Shown here piece after piece: positions 52,143 through 64,000 of a stretch of DNA of 64,000 bases (position 1 is the first letter of the stretch; the number at the start of each line of letters is the position of its first letter). The notes below the pieces were generated by a model that was not told where the DNA came from, did not search any database, and saw only the letters and a list, made by a program, of their open reading frames with translations. The stretch covers positions 124,001 to 188,000 of the forward strand of contig CM039005.1 of the NCBI GenBank assembly GCA_017499595.2, given 5' to 3'. Source of the stretch: Psilocybe cubensis (Eukaryota). The translations under genes and the position numbers were made by a program.

Positions 52143-54036
52143 AATTCTTGAAGGGTCTCAAAAGTGTAGTTAGTTGACTGCTTTTACAGTACCATATATA
52201 TATCAAAGTCGAAACTCACCCTTTCGCAATAAAAAACCTTAGATGTGTAGTGTACTCATATCCAAAACGTTGTAGGAGATTATGTCGTGCCGGTGCTTCG
52301 GTCTTTACCAATGGTCGGAAGTCGCGAGGTGACATTCAAGTAGCCCTAGTCCTAAACTAGCGTTCAATGGTTTTGGATCTCTTGGAAAGCCTACTGTGTT
52401 TCCGGTGGCTTGTATTCCGGTCAGTCCATCAGCCCATGCTTCGTCTGATACGACCGTCTGATGGCAAGTATGTTGAAGTATGTACAGCATTTTGATATAT
52501 GAGGACGGGGGCGTACTAGCCACTTTTAGCAATATCGACGCGTCATCCATAGACAGCCAACATGTTGGAGAAGGCAAATCGAGTCGCAAAGTCAACCAAG
52601 TGCCACCATGTGATGGAATCGATTTTGTTTCATGGGATCCCAATTATCGTGGTGTTGAGTCTGTACCTCATATCCGCGTAACCATCCGTCCAATCTGTAC
52701 GGAAAATGGTCATCCCAAGTGAGTTAAGCCACCCAATTGACACATTCTACCAAGTTCCTTTACTGTGCATTACAAAGAAACATGAGTAGCCAGAGAGTTT
52801 GCATAAATTCAAAATGAACAAGAAAGACCTTTCAGAATACCGTCAAATTCTTCATATTGAGAGGTATATTATGAGCAGTATACATCAGAGAGGTCGGACT
52901 TCAGAGCTTCAGAGCTTATGCACTTGGAGCAGGGATGTGTACGAGATTGACAAGAATGTGAGATAAAAAGATGTATAAAGCATTCCCGGAGAACGCATGA
53001 ACGCTAGAGTTGAGAAAAAGACTATCATCGCTTCTTGACCATGAACCACCATGTTCAACAAATTTCCCACGGTAGAACGCTGGGGAAGGTCGAGACCGAG
53101 GATAGCGCAAGCTCACCTCGGAAAGGAGACTTTGCGATCCAGGACGAGAAGTACCAACCTTAGAAAGTATACCTAATCTCTAAGAGAAAGGAAGTAGGAG
53201 GGATAAAAGACAGAAAAAAGAATTACTGAGTACCAAGAACACGGAAAACTAAGCACAACCACACCACTGAAACGAAGGCGACGAAACACCAGAGACCTCA
53301 ACACTAGTCTAACAGGAGGGACAACAGTCAAACCAAGTATGACATGACGGAGCACCCGACTGGAAAACGCTAGGGAACTAACCCAGGAAGAACAGCAAAA
53401 TGAAGACAGGACAACGGAAAAGAATACTCTACCAGACCACACATGTAACCACAGCTCAAACAACAGATGAGGAGTGAGAAACATAACATACACTGGTAAG
53501 GAATAGTAAACCCAACGAAGCCACAGAACCCAAGCCCCCTCCAACTCCAACGACACCAAACGAACACGAGACAATAGGGACAATGAAATCTAGGAAAAAT
53601 GTAGAGGAGGCACAAAGCAGGCGTAAACGAGTTGCGAAAGGACTTACAACCCCGAAATGCGACAGCCCAGGAACACGCACTGCGCAACGAACAGGAAAGG
53701 AAAAGCGAGGCGATGTAACACATATCCCAAAGGAACTACGACCATGCCCGGGGAACTCAACACCGAACTGACACTGACCCAATGCCCGAAGGCACACACT
53801 AAAGAGAGTAATGTAACGTCACTTAATAAACCTTCGGGTTCCCACTAATGTCATGTACAGCGTAACAAGACCAAGCGAAACTTACCCAGACAAACTGCGA
53901 AAACTGAGGGACAACGGGGAACCGGGGCGAAGAAGAAGCAATAAAAGAGAACTACCAAGAATACAACGAATTGTAGCGGACACCCCAACATACACATACA
54001 TAAGACCGAGCCCAAACAAGGAGCGGTAGCAACGTG

Positions 54037-54552
54037 ATGCAGAGACCCGAAAAACGAAAAAGGGAGAGCGAAGAAACAGGCTATAAAAAGAAGACGAGAG
54101 AGGATAACCACAAGAATATTGCCAGCAAAAAAGACGATGATGCCACTGACCAATTCACCAACGAAGAAGTCCAAAACCAAAACGACGCAGAACCAGACAG
54201 CGATGACCCATACTACCCATGGGACTACGAAGAATGGTACAAAGACTATTACGACGCCCCGAGCCCAGATCAACAAATCATACGAACCATAACGGATGAA
54301 CAAAACAACTCACCAAACACACAAACACCCGAGCACTACGTACTGTGGAACCCCTTCGAGAAGAACCCCTCATTCGCCCCACCGGGCAACGGGGACATCC
54401 TCCTGAAAACATACCTAGAAGAGTTCGAAAAACAAGGCCGTAACACACCGAAGAATAACCCATTCCATCACCTAGGATATATTCCGCGATTCACGAGAGG
54501 GAAAGGAAAGGAGCTACCACCATGCCTCCAACGACAAGCATGGAGGAAGTAG
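54037..54552 (+). CDS. Hypothetical protein in the retroelement 5' region (basic then acidic/aromatic)
   Basis: Open frame of about 171 aa with DDPYYPWDYEEWYKDYYD; no recognised domain. Confidence 0.35.
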   Translation: MQRPEKRKRESEETGYKKKTREDNHKNIASKKDDDATDQFTNEEVQNQNDAEPDSDDPYYPWDYEEWYKDYYDAPSPDQQIIRTITDEQNNSPNTQTPEHYVLWNPFEKNPSFAPPGNGDILLKTYLEEFEKQGRNTPKNNPFHHLGYIPRFTRGKGKELPPCLQRQAWRK

Positions 54553-54913
54553 CTTGTTTCCCCTTTTCTCCCTCCTCTGAAAAAGTAAACACAGCTACAT
54601 AGTAGAAAAGGCGTACCAAACAATGTAACGATCTTAACACAAAGAGAAAGACACAAGAATGTGACAAAAACGACCTCCACACTGGACTAGTCTACAAGAA
54701 GGTAAAGCAAACGAAAGACGGAACACAGACACGGCTAAACCGACACATGGAGAAAGCACACAGCACCCCAAAAGAGTACTTAAACAGGAAGTAGAAAATA
54801 AGGACAAGAGATAGTAACCAAAATAGAACAACGAACGAGACGGATATAAAGCAAAGCGAATTCACGAAAGAACTGCAACCTATGCAAGGCTGCCAAAGGC
54901 CCACCAATCCACA

Positions 54914-55378
54914 ATGTCGCAACAAACCAATGACCCCCGGGAAATAAACACGCCGAACGCGAGGGAAAAGCGATTCCGAGAACTCCAACACAAACTCTTT
55001 CGAATATTAATCAGCATGGAAGAAATACCCGAAATGCCATGCGCTCAAAACATACCCACTCTTGGGAACATCAAGGAATACCACGAATGCAACGAAGGAC
55101 CAAGCTGGGAAACCCTAGCCGACTACTTCCCCTACATAAAAAAGATACACACGAGTGACGAACTAGCATGGACCCCAAGCAGACACAATCTTCTCACAGC
55201 AACCATGACCAAACAACCTCAAAGTAACACGAAGATGTCGAGGAATGATTGCAAAGCAATTTTTAGGGACACCCTACACGATATATATGGCATTCTCATG
55301 GAGGAAGGGATCACAACAGACTACCCACCGACGCAAGCTATCCCCAACATTCGCGAATTCCTAGATAGTGAAAGTTAA
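54914..55378 (+). CDS. Hypothetical 154-aa protein in the retroelement 5' region
   Basis: ATG preceded by TATAAA at about 54845; protein-like composition within otherwise stop-rich A/C DNA. Confidence 0.4.
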   Translation: MSQQTNDPREINTPNAREKRFRELQHKLFRILISMEEIPEMPCAQNIPTLGNIKEYHECNEGPSWETLADYFPYIKKIHTSDELAWTPSRHNLLTATMTKQPQSNTKMSRNDCKAIFRDTLHDIYGILMEEGITTDYPPTQAIPNIREFLDSES

Positions 55379-56402
55379 TAGTTACACGCTAAGAATAACG
55401 AAATACATGAACCCACGCAACTACCCCGAACAAAAAGCTAGAGTCGCAAAACAGAAAAGGCACAATGGGACGACCACATGGCAACACAAGTAGCTATGGT
55501 AAAGAGAAAACCAAGGATGGAACACACCATTCTAGCACCGCGCACCCGAAGCGTAAAATGACAAATGACAGGGCGTGTAATAAAGTCACCCAAATGACAG
55601 GAGACAGACGATACCTGCGTTAACACACCCAATCCAACCCCGGATGAACGAGACCGAAGCCAATGGGCAGTAAAACCCGGCGAGGAACCACAAGTACCCT
55701 GCTCATAAATCACCAAATGCTGTTCATAAACGAGCAAAGAATGCACAACCTAACAATTAAAACATAAGAATGTCATGCCAGAAGGAGGTGCTAACGGACA
55801 GGAAATTGTTCGAGAGAAATTAATTTATACGTACCAGAGCGAACCCCAAGCAACAGCAAGCAGCAGAAAAGCAAGACCCAGGGCAAGAAGAATTCCGTAA
55901 ACTACAACACAGAATGAAGGACGAATGGCACCAAAACTCAATGGGGACATGGAACCCCACAATAACACCAGAGACACACCGAGAAACAGGGTCAGAGAGC
56001 GTAGAGGAAAAGAAACACGGTGAAACCGGCCAACCGATGAACCACAACAATAGCCCACACCCAAAACAAGGAACCAGACGTAACGAGACGCAGAAAACGC
56101 CACAGCCAAGGTGCTACAATGCCCCATTAACATCCAATATGCTCACTAACAAGTAAGAACATGCAAGGAACTAGGAACTCACCGAATGACTGAACAAATC
56201 CTGATCAATGGTACGGGGGTGGACAGAAACAAGGAACGTACCAGGGGAAGAAAATAGGATGAGATGAACGTGAAAGCGAAAGTACACCATGACAGAGACC
56301 GGCCTAAACGATACGGGACAAAACAAGACAGGCTCCTACGGTGAACATATAAAAACCACACGAAAACGAAGACCGACAAAGAACAACTCACTCTCTGAAA
56401 AA

Positions 56403-58600
56403 ATGCCCAAACAGAACTCCAACAAACGCCGTCAAGGGAGTCCAACTCCCATGGACACCCCCCCCCGCTGAAGGTACGACCAGCAGAAAAGAGAACAAAG
56501 CAGCAGAGCCAGGGCCCCGCGCAAACACAGGCGGAAACGGGACGAGAAACGAGAGTAAGTCGGACCATTGCCACAATACAGCCACAACCTAACAAAACCA
56601 AACAAGTACGGAGGACTAGGGACCACTTCTCTCCAGGGTACCACAGATCTGCAGCGAAGCGATTCGACACCGTAAACAGCTTCCTACCTTTGACCTATGC
56701 ACAGGTCCTGTCCTCTCCTCCGCGACAGACAAAAGCACTCACTCAAGACAACAACCGCATCAACAACCCCTCCCCAAAGGCGGATGACCCGTTCAAAGAC
56801 GCGCTCGCTGGCTCCTTAACACAAAAAGAAAATGGACATAACGAGAACACCCCCGAACCTGACTTGAGTCTAGAGTACGTCGACCCCGAAAGTCCTACAC
56901 CTGCCCCCAAAGTCAACAAGAAAAACAACAACATAAAAAGAAGAAGCGTGCCCATGAACGGCAAAAGGGACCCCAAAGAGCGCCTAGAGCTGGGAGTAGG
57001 AAGCCCTAACGGTGACCAGAGGGAGGATGGGGATGAGAGTATGCACTCTGCCTCACCAGTCACGAGGTTAGTACATTTCAAGATTGATTAAAAAGAGAAC
57101 TGAGGCAAGAACTACCCGCACTAGGCAGGAGGCAATGTACCAGTTGACCTCGCCCAGAGCCCCGACCCCCGCCCACCAACAGGCTCAAGCGCGTCGCTTC
57201 AATACTGATCCTCCAAGAACGGAAGGCATGGAACACCGCTTTAGGTTCGCACCGCACCCACCGCGAGGGTGGTCAACTTCAATCAACGGAGACAACATGG
57301 GGGACCAAAACACCTTCACGACTGCAAAGGAGCAGCTAGAGAAAGAAAGGAGGGAGGAAAGAGCACTGGAGGAACAGATACGCCGCAGTGAGTTTCTACT
57401 GGACCAGCCCCGCATTGCACAGCTCCAGCCCCAAGTAGAGAGTAACCAGAACCAAGTGGAAAATGAAGTTGGGGAACGGGCGATCGACAGCGCCTTCCAC
57501 GATCCGATCGGGGGCACATTCCCTGAAGTCCACGGCCTCGACGAACAACGCTGCAAAGAACTCATTCCCAAAGAACAGGTAGAATACTACGACGACCAAG
57601 CCCTGAGAATTGCAACCCAAGTGCTATTGCTGCTAAGAAGCCACGACAACCCTAGTATGTGCCCGACAGCGAGAGCCGCCGACGTACTAGCCATAGTCAA
57701 GAAGGCACTGCCGGGACCAAGCAACTTCATAATCGGGTCCCCAAACTACCCCCTGAAGCCGAGAAGTGCGCAACACGTTCTGGTCCCTTGCATAGGCACG
57801 AACTTTACCGAGGAGCAAGCCGCGGTACTGCTGGAGAGAAGGTACTGGGGAACGGACAAGACGTCAATCTTCATCCTTCCATGGAAAGGCGCAATGTCAG
57901 CCTATCTCTTCTCCATCATGACCTTGAACGTTGATCCAGACCACCCAAGTGAGTAATTAAAACCCCACAAAGCATCATCATATAACAGATGGATAACACC
58001 CTTTGTGACGCAGACATGGAAAACCTCCCCGCCATATGGGTGACGAACGAGCTCAAGAAGAAGAAAGCACTGATCGACTTCCTAAACAAGCATGGTGATA
58101 ATGTCCCGCAGATCCCCAACCCCCCAACAAACTACCGCAGTGACTTTATACTTAACTCCCTCTCGTCCAGATTCATCTCATTAGCGAGGACCGCGCAACA
58201 ACCCGACCAGATTGTAGTTAACGTCTACTGCTGGCCACCAACGAAACAAGTCATTCCAAACAACACATGGCTGAAAGCGGTGCGTAGTTTACGCTTCTTC
58301 ATGCCATATGGGGAAGTCGTCGCGTCGACACCCCTGTCCTGTGGGTGGTGTTACGCCCTGGACCACCCCACGGGGTTGTGCAAGTACAACGACTACGGCC
58401 CCAGTGACGACACATCAAGCTCTGACTTAACGAGCAACAACTCCATCACCACGGCCCGCCGCAGACAATATCCGGCGTATACCATGCGCGAGGACGTGTT
58501 AGCGACCTCACGAAACGCAAGAGGAGCACGGCGAGGAGCTACAGGAAGGGGCAGTGGCGGAAGAGGAACAAATGGGAGGGCCAGGGGCCGAGGGATCTAA
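56403..58600 (+). CDS. Gag/ORF1-like nucleic-acid-binding protein with a CCHC zinc knuckle and RG-rich tail, two introns
   Basis: CGWCYALDHPTGLC = CX2CX4HX4C; C-terminal RGARRGATGRGSGGRG. Introns 57067-57124 (GTTAGT..CTAG) and 57949-58013 (GTGAGT..GCAG) join three ORF-track fragments in frame. The start at 56403 needs a 1-nt shift in the C9 run 56458-56466. Confidence 0.7.
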
Positions 58601-60540
58601 TCCCATCTACCCCCTAATGTCGTAGCCATGCTTTAGTACGATTGAACGCAAGCCCGTGAGGCCCTTTATCCTATGTGTCAACAACAGAACAGCCCAGATT
58701 ACTGAGTAGACAACAAATGTGCGACAAACTCTAACTATAACAGAGGAAAACAAATGAGGTATCCCAAAATGCGAATAAGAGTTGAAACCACTGTACCTAC
58801 ACAAAGGGGGAAGAATGGCCCACCAAAACCCAAAATAACTCATATGAAAATGTAGATTACAACGGAAAACAACCCCGGCAATCACAACGAATCCCGAACA
58901 CCGAAGCGTACTACAATAAATGATGCTCAAGTGAGCTAAATACCAATAACCTTAGTGCGTAAGACACATACGGACCGGAGCGCAAAATAGCAGAAGAAAA
59001 CCGAAGTCAAAAACCAAAGTAGAAAACACGCACTTGGAAGCGAATGTCATACAAGGAAAGTATAGACTACTAAAAAAAAGGCCCGAGCACAACAGAAAGA
59101 CCACAAAATGTGTAAACAAAATAACAGATGGAGACACAGAGGGGCAGGTGCAACTCCGAAACAATGGAGCAACAAACCAATAAGAAAGTTAATCACGCCA
59201 CCGCACAGGCCCCGCTTTGGAGAATCAGATATCAGACAAGCGTAATAAAACGCAAATCCAAGAAGGCACCAAGAGACGACAAAGTAATCAGTGAAAAGTG
59301 AGACACGATAAGAAAGAAGAGCCACACCGACAAACCAGAACCAAACCAGAGTGGAAAAAACGGAAACTGAGGATAAACCGAAATACCTCAACATTAACCC
59401 ACAGGTACGCGCCCAGAAACGTAAGACCACGTCAGACCCCGCGGCGACCTTGGCCTAACATGTTTGCGCGGGCCACAGTAATAAACTAAAACCTACCACA
59501 CCTCAATGCAAAACAAGCATGTACACAAGCGATGCTTGACAATCAAAAGGGCCTAACAGACCACACAACCTGTGACCACAATAGCAAGGCCAAAATACCA
59601 GATTCGACGGTGCACACGAACCGACCTTACAAAAACCTGGGGGGGAAACAGGTCGACACCGAGTCTCAAGCAGGAAACAACAAAATGAAGAAATGAATGA
59701 GTACAATAATATCCGAGTACACAAACATACGGAGGAACCTAACAGACCATGCGGAGACCAACGTAAGCACCCACCCAACGCCAAATAGAATCAAGGGAGG
59801 GTGACGGCGGCAGACGGACCTCACCTCTCCATGGTACGCTACAAGGGCTGAGTCGACCAGGACACATAAAAAACGGCCCCAGAAATGAATGACCCAGACT
59901 AAGACACCAAGCTTAGGGGGCAACACCACAATGGAAGACCTACGTGAAAGGACAATAAACCCCGTACCTAACAGCAACAAACAAACGTATAAACAAAGGA
60001 TTGAGGCACAAAACAGCAACACAACATACCGACCAGACGCACACAATAAAGGAGAACCATAATTACCACTACATATAACGCATCCCAACGCACAACAAGT
60101 ACTGCACAACAAAGAACAGAACTACCGAATACACACACAAACCCCCACGACGCACATCAGACCTGAGATGACCACGCCCCGCCATAGCAGAGTATGCGAG
60201 ATGACAGGTACCAGAAGTACGTTCTACACAACCACACACTGCAAAACCCAAGGGACCATGTGGAAACGGTATTTACTACGAAGATCTAACATATCACCAT
60301 ACACCCTAACAAATCAACCGTAATGCCGTATGCACCCCTGCACACTAGTAAAAACTCTCCCCTATATTTACGTAAAAACTCCGCACAAGCAAGAAGACGC
60401 CAACGCCACTGCCGTATAGCCAAACCGTCTAGACTACAGACTACCTACAAGGCACCCCAGGAGACCCTATAAAAGGCGCCTAGCCGAGACGTACCCAACC
60501 AACACACAAACACCTCATACCCTCGATTGAACCAGAATAG

Positions 60541-61248
60541 ATGTCTCTCCTAAAGAAAATACTTGCGAAAGTGCGGTCTATGCCAAACATAAACGACAAA
60601 AGGCAAAAGGAGGCAGAACCATACCCCCCGCTCCCAGACTCAGTTCCACCTGGCGACATCCGCCATCTAATACGTGACGTGTACTCTGGACGGTACTTTG
60701 AAAGAATGCGCGAAATGGAGGAAGAATGGGCCAGGGCCCCACAAGGGACGCCACACCCCAAGACAATGCCAATGCTCCCTGTGCCCCCACCTGCGCACTT
60801 GCCAGACACTCCTAAAGACTCAAAAAGGAGGGAGCGCACAATGACCACGACACTGCACCCTTCTGCTATAGGCGAGAGAGATGGAGGAAGGCGGACACGG
60901 GCCGAAAGGGAGGAAGAACGTCAACAATGGCAACATTTCCAGGATGTGGGACTGGTGCGATGATCCACAGGAGAAGAGAAGATGAGGAGAAGAGAACAAC
61001 AAATGATAAAAGGCACACTCCCAGAGGAGGAATACCCGTTAGTTCCTTCAAGGGAATGGGAAAAAAAGCAACGTCAGGCCAGGTCACTACCACCTCAAGA
61101 ACGATCACGCCACACAACTGCCCCCTGGGCCCCGCGAATAGTGATTGACAGGGACATACAGGTCCAAGGGACCCAGGGTCAACGGTTGAACAAAACTAGG
61201 TCCACGCAGGACCTAACAAAACTGTCGGTGCCCACACCAAATTACTAG
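60541..61248 (+). CDS. Hypothetical protein between the ORF1-like gene and ORF2 (single in-frame TGA at 60961)
   Basis: TATAAAA at about 60468. ORFs 60541-60963 and 60982-61248 are in the same frame, separated by one TGA. Confidence 0.4.
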
Positions 61249-61698
61249 TAGCCAATGTCCCTTAACGCCTGTTACTATAAGAAAAGAAATACACTGCAAT
61301 TTTTACAATCAAACCCAGACAGTAGTGCCCTTACACTCTGCCCTAAACAAAATTGGGTGGGTAAACCTGAACCAGCCTATGACAAGTATCTCCCGATGCA
61401 CGGCCCAAATATACTGGCTGGCACCACGGTGTCAGAGCAGGAAAGCCGAGAAAGGACATAGGCTTAACAGCCCTTCAAAAGGCAAAAACGGGGACCTATT
61501 TAGGTCTTGGAGTCCCGTGCTGAGAAGCTGAAGCTAAGGTAAAAGTCTACGTCCCCATAAGGGGGTGGGACGTGGAAAATAACCTTAAGCATATCCAGAC
61601 AGTGGAAGCTGAGTTATCCATAAGCTCCTGGCTCCAGCACCTGGTCGTGTGCGGGGTTTCACTGAAAGCGTACTGCAAACAACACTAACAACACTCAC

Positions 61699-64000
61699 AT
61701 GCAAATAATTCCGGGGTTGGCGGATCAGTATACCAACCATGAGGTAGAGGTCTCTCTTCAAACACCAGAGCTGGGGACAGTGGAATCCACTGGGCCACGC
61801 CCATGCAATGAAGGTGATGAAGAACAACACACCAGTGAACCAGGAAGATCAGTTGGTTCTGCTATCCAGTGTTTGGAGAGGGCGCCCGGACCACATAGAG
61901 GAAACCACCCGAGTGAGGTCGAAGCGCACCTCGATGAAGAACATCGGAATAGCAGGACTCCACAAGCTACACCAAGCTGCCAAGAACAACGGCAAAGCCC
62001 AACACTTATACACACACAAATGTTTGGGACCCAAAGGCCAGAAACCCAGGGCGAAGGCTCCCCACAAAGAGCAGACCATGATAGAACTGGATTGGAACAT
62101 GACAACACATGGAACCAATCGGGTGAGCAGATCACGACCCAGACAGAACAAATGAGGACAAAGAGGACAAAGGCATCTCTAAAAATTGCATCCCTGAACA
62201 TCAACGGGTACGGAAGTGCAACCAAAGAGAGAAGATCAAGTGATAAATGGTTGCATTTGAAGCAGATAATGTACGACAAAAAGATAGCCATACTAATGAT
62301 CCAGGAGGCACATCTGGATGACGCTAGAGAACAAGATGTGGAAAAACTCTTTGAGAACCAACTGACCATAATTAAATCAGCAGACCCGGAGAGGCCACGC
62401 GCCCGATCAGGAGTAGCATACTTAATCGACAAACGCCAAGTGAAGCGTGAGGATATAGGAGTAAGTAGACAGATAATACCAGGCAGAGCAATGTCCCTGG
62501 ATATCAACGCACACGAAGGCCATCCCATCCGGCTACTGAATGTGTACGCCCCAAACGACAGAGTTGAGAACAAAGAATTCTGGGGGACCTTGAAAGAACA
62601 CTATGCGACGCACACAAGGGACAGACCCAATGTAATGGGAGGTGACTTCAACATAGTAGAAGATAAAATAGATCGCCTCCCTATGAGACTCACCACGGAC
62701 TCTACACAAGCGCTACAAGCCCTGGACGCACTGAAGAGCTTACTGCTACTGTCAGATGGATGGAGAAGAACGTTCCCTAGCACAAAGAGGTGGACCTATC
62801 GGCAACAAACAGAGGACGGGTCACAATCTCGCATCGATAGAATTTATGTTACAGATAGAGTATTTCAAGCCGCGAGGGAGTGGGCAATACTGCCATGCCA
62901 CTTAAGTGACCACGACATTGTGACAACCACGGTAGTTAATGAAAACTCCCCAAGTATTGGGAAAGGGAGAAGGTCTGTGCCTCGACATCTACTTAAAGAC
63001 AGCTGGTACACATCGAGGATCATCAAGGAGGCAAGGAGACTTGAGCAAGCCATACAAGCAATTACACCAGAATCAAGAGACGATAACAATAACATTCAGA
63101 TAATGTTCAAAACTTTCAAAGACAACCTCCTCCAGTTGGCAATACAACGAGAAAAACAAACTGTACCTACAATCATGCTACAAATGAAGGAGGCAGAGGA
63201 GGAAATGGAGAATATTAGCAATGACAGTGACATGTCGATGGCAGAGAGGATCAGGAGAACGAACGACGTCCAAACAAGACTAGAACGCCTGGAACGGTCA
63301 CGGCACCAGCACAAACGAAAAGAACAGGCCGCCACGAACCGACTAGAGGGAGAAACTATAGGCAGATACTGGTCACAGATTAATAAAGCCCGGACACCAA
63401 GAGATACCATAAGGGCACTAAGGTACCCGGACCCAGTGGGGCAACAACTAGCTCATGTAGAGGAGAACATGACTACTAGATCTCAAGCCCCGCTTCTAGA
63501 AAAGGACTCGCAAAAAATGGCCAACATGATGAGAGAATTCCACCAAAAGTTACAACAAGAAGGCAGCGAAACCCCAATGCAGGACCCAGAACGCCAAAAG
63601 TGTATGGACAAAGCCCTAGAAGCACTGAACACCTTCCTAACAGATGACCAGCAGAAAGAGATGGCGGAACAAATATCAAAGGATGAGGTGCGAATGGCTG
63701 TGACAGAAGCAGCGAACTGGAAAGCGCCAGGATTAGATGGTATTCCCAACGAAATCTGGAAATACTTGACGAAGCAAGATACTAGACACAGGGCAAGGTC
63801 ACTGGACGTAGGATCCAATTCAGGAGAGCCAGCGCAACCGGACATGCTACAGATGCTGACTGACCTATACAATGACATAGAAACCCATGGAATATGTGAT
63901 GGAACGGGTTTTACAGATGGGTGGATGTGCCCCCTGTACAAAAAGAAAGCAAAGGAGGAGATGGAGAATTATAGGCCACTAACGATGCTGAACACGGACT
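61699..64000 (+). CDS. LINE ORF2: APE endonuclease + reverse transcriptase (5' part, runs off the window)
   Basis: Frame checked open from 61666 to 64000. Motifs IASLNING, MIQEAHL, LLNVYAPN, MGGDFN, DGWR, SRIDRIYV, LSDHDIV, KAPGLDGIPNEIWK and PLYKK..ENYRPLTMLNTD. Absent from the ORF track because there is no stop in the window. Confidence 0.95.
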   Translation, partial: MQIIPGLADQYTNHEVEVSLQTPELGTVESTGPRPCNEGDEEQHTSEPGRSVGSAIQCLERAPGPHRGNHPSEVEAHLDEEHRNSRTPQATPSCQEQRQSPTLIHTQMFGTQRPETQGEGSPQRADHDRTGLEHDNTWNQSGEQITTQTEQMRTKRTKASLKIASLNINGYGSATKERRSSDKWLHLKQIMYDKKIAILMIQEAHLDDAREQDVEKLFENQLTIIKSADPERPRARSGVAYLIDKRQVKREDIGVSRQIIPGRAMSLDINAHEGHPIRLLNVYAPNDRVENKEFWGTLKEHYATHTRDRPNVMGGDFNIVEDKIDRLPMRLTTDSTQALQALDALKSLLLLSDGWRRTFPSTKRWTYRQQTEDGSQSRIDRIYVTDRVFQAAREWAILPCHLSDHDIVTTTVVNENSPSIGKGRRSVPRHLLKDSWYTSRIIKEARRLEQAIQAITPESRDDNNNIQIMFKTFKDNLLQLAIQREKQTVPTIMLQMKEAEEEMENISNDSDMSMAERIRRTNDVQTRLERLERSRHQHKRKEQAATNRLEGETIGRYWSQINKARTPRDTIRALRYPDPVGQQLAHVEENMTTRSQAPLLEKDSQKMANMMREFHQKLQQEGSETPMQDPERQKCMDKALEALNTFLTDDQQKEMAEQISKDEVRMAVTEAANWKAPGLDGIPNEIWKYLTKQDTRHRARSLDVGSNSGEPAQPDMLQMLTDLYNDIETHGICDGTGFTDGWMCPLYKKKAKEEMENYRPLTMLNTD

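Larger units (their letters stand above)
53150..64000 (+). mobile_element. Large L1/Tx1-like non-LTR retrotransposon (5' limit inferred from composition; continues past the window)
   Basis: Abrupt switch to strongly A/C-rich, T-poor + strand that persists into an intact APE-RT ORF; a co-oriented CCHC gag-like gene lies upstream. Confidence 0.6.

Noticed and set aside
53173-63941. Many hydrophobic V/F/L/C-rich minus-strand ORFs
   Set aside because: Artefacts of the T/G-rich antisense strand of the skewed retroelement region.

Overview
Intron-rich eukaryotic DNA, consistent with a mushroom-forming basidiomycete (Agaricomycetes); no rRNA, tRNA or CRISPR seen. The dominant feature is an expanded family of orphan 7-transmembrane proteins: nine six-exon copies plus one truncated relic, one copy split by a MITE and one frameshifted. 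Next to the first copy lies a three-exon gene for a secreted Kex2-type repeat precursor (KEP) predicted to release about 10 Trp-ending peptides, a candidate peptide/receptor locus. Other genes: an ankyrin-repeat 3' end, a CE15 glucuronoyl esterase, a stand-alone RNase H-fold gene, an FtsJ-like methyltransferase, arginyl-tRNA synthetase, a P450 with a non-canonical I-helix, and a tandemly duplicated hypothetical gene. Mobile DNA: a 2.2-kb Mutator-like element (9-bp TSD) carrying a decayed gene, a 770-bp MITE (30-bp TIR, 6-bp TSD), and an apparently very large L1-like retrotransposon from about 53.1 kb to the window end. That element has a two-intron CCHC ORF1-like gene, extra ORFs, and an open APE-RT ORF2 absent from the ORF track. 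All gene models were spliced by eye; no database searches were run.
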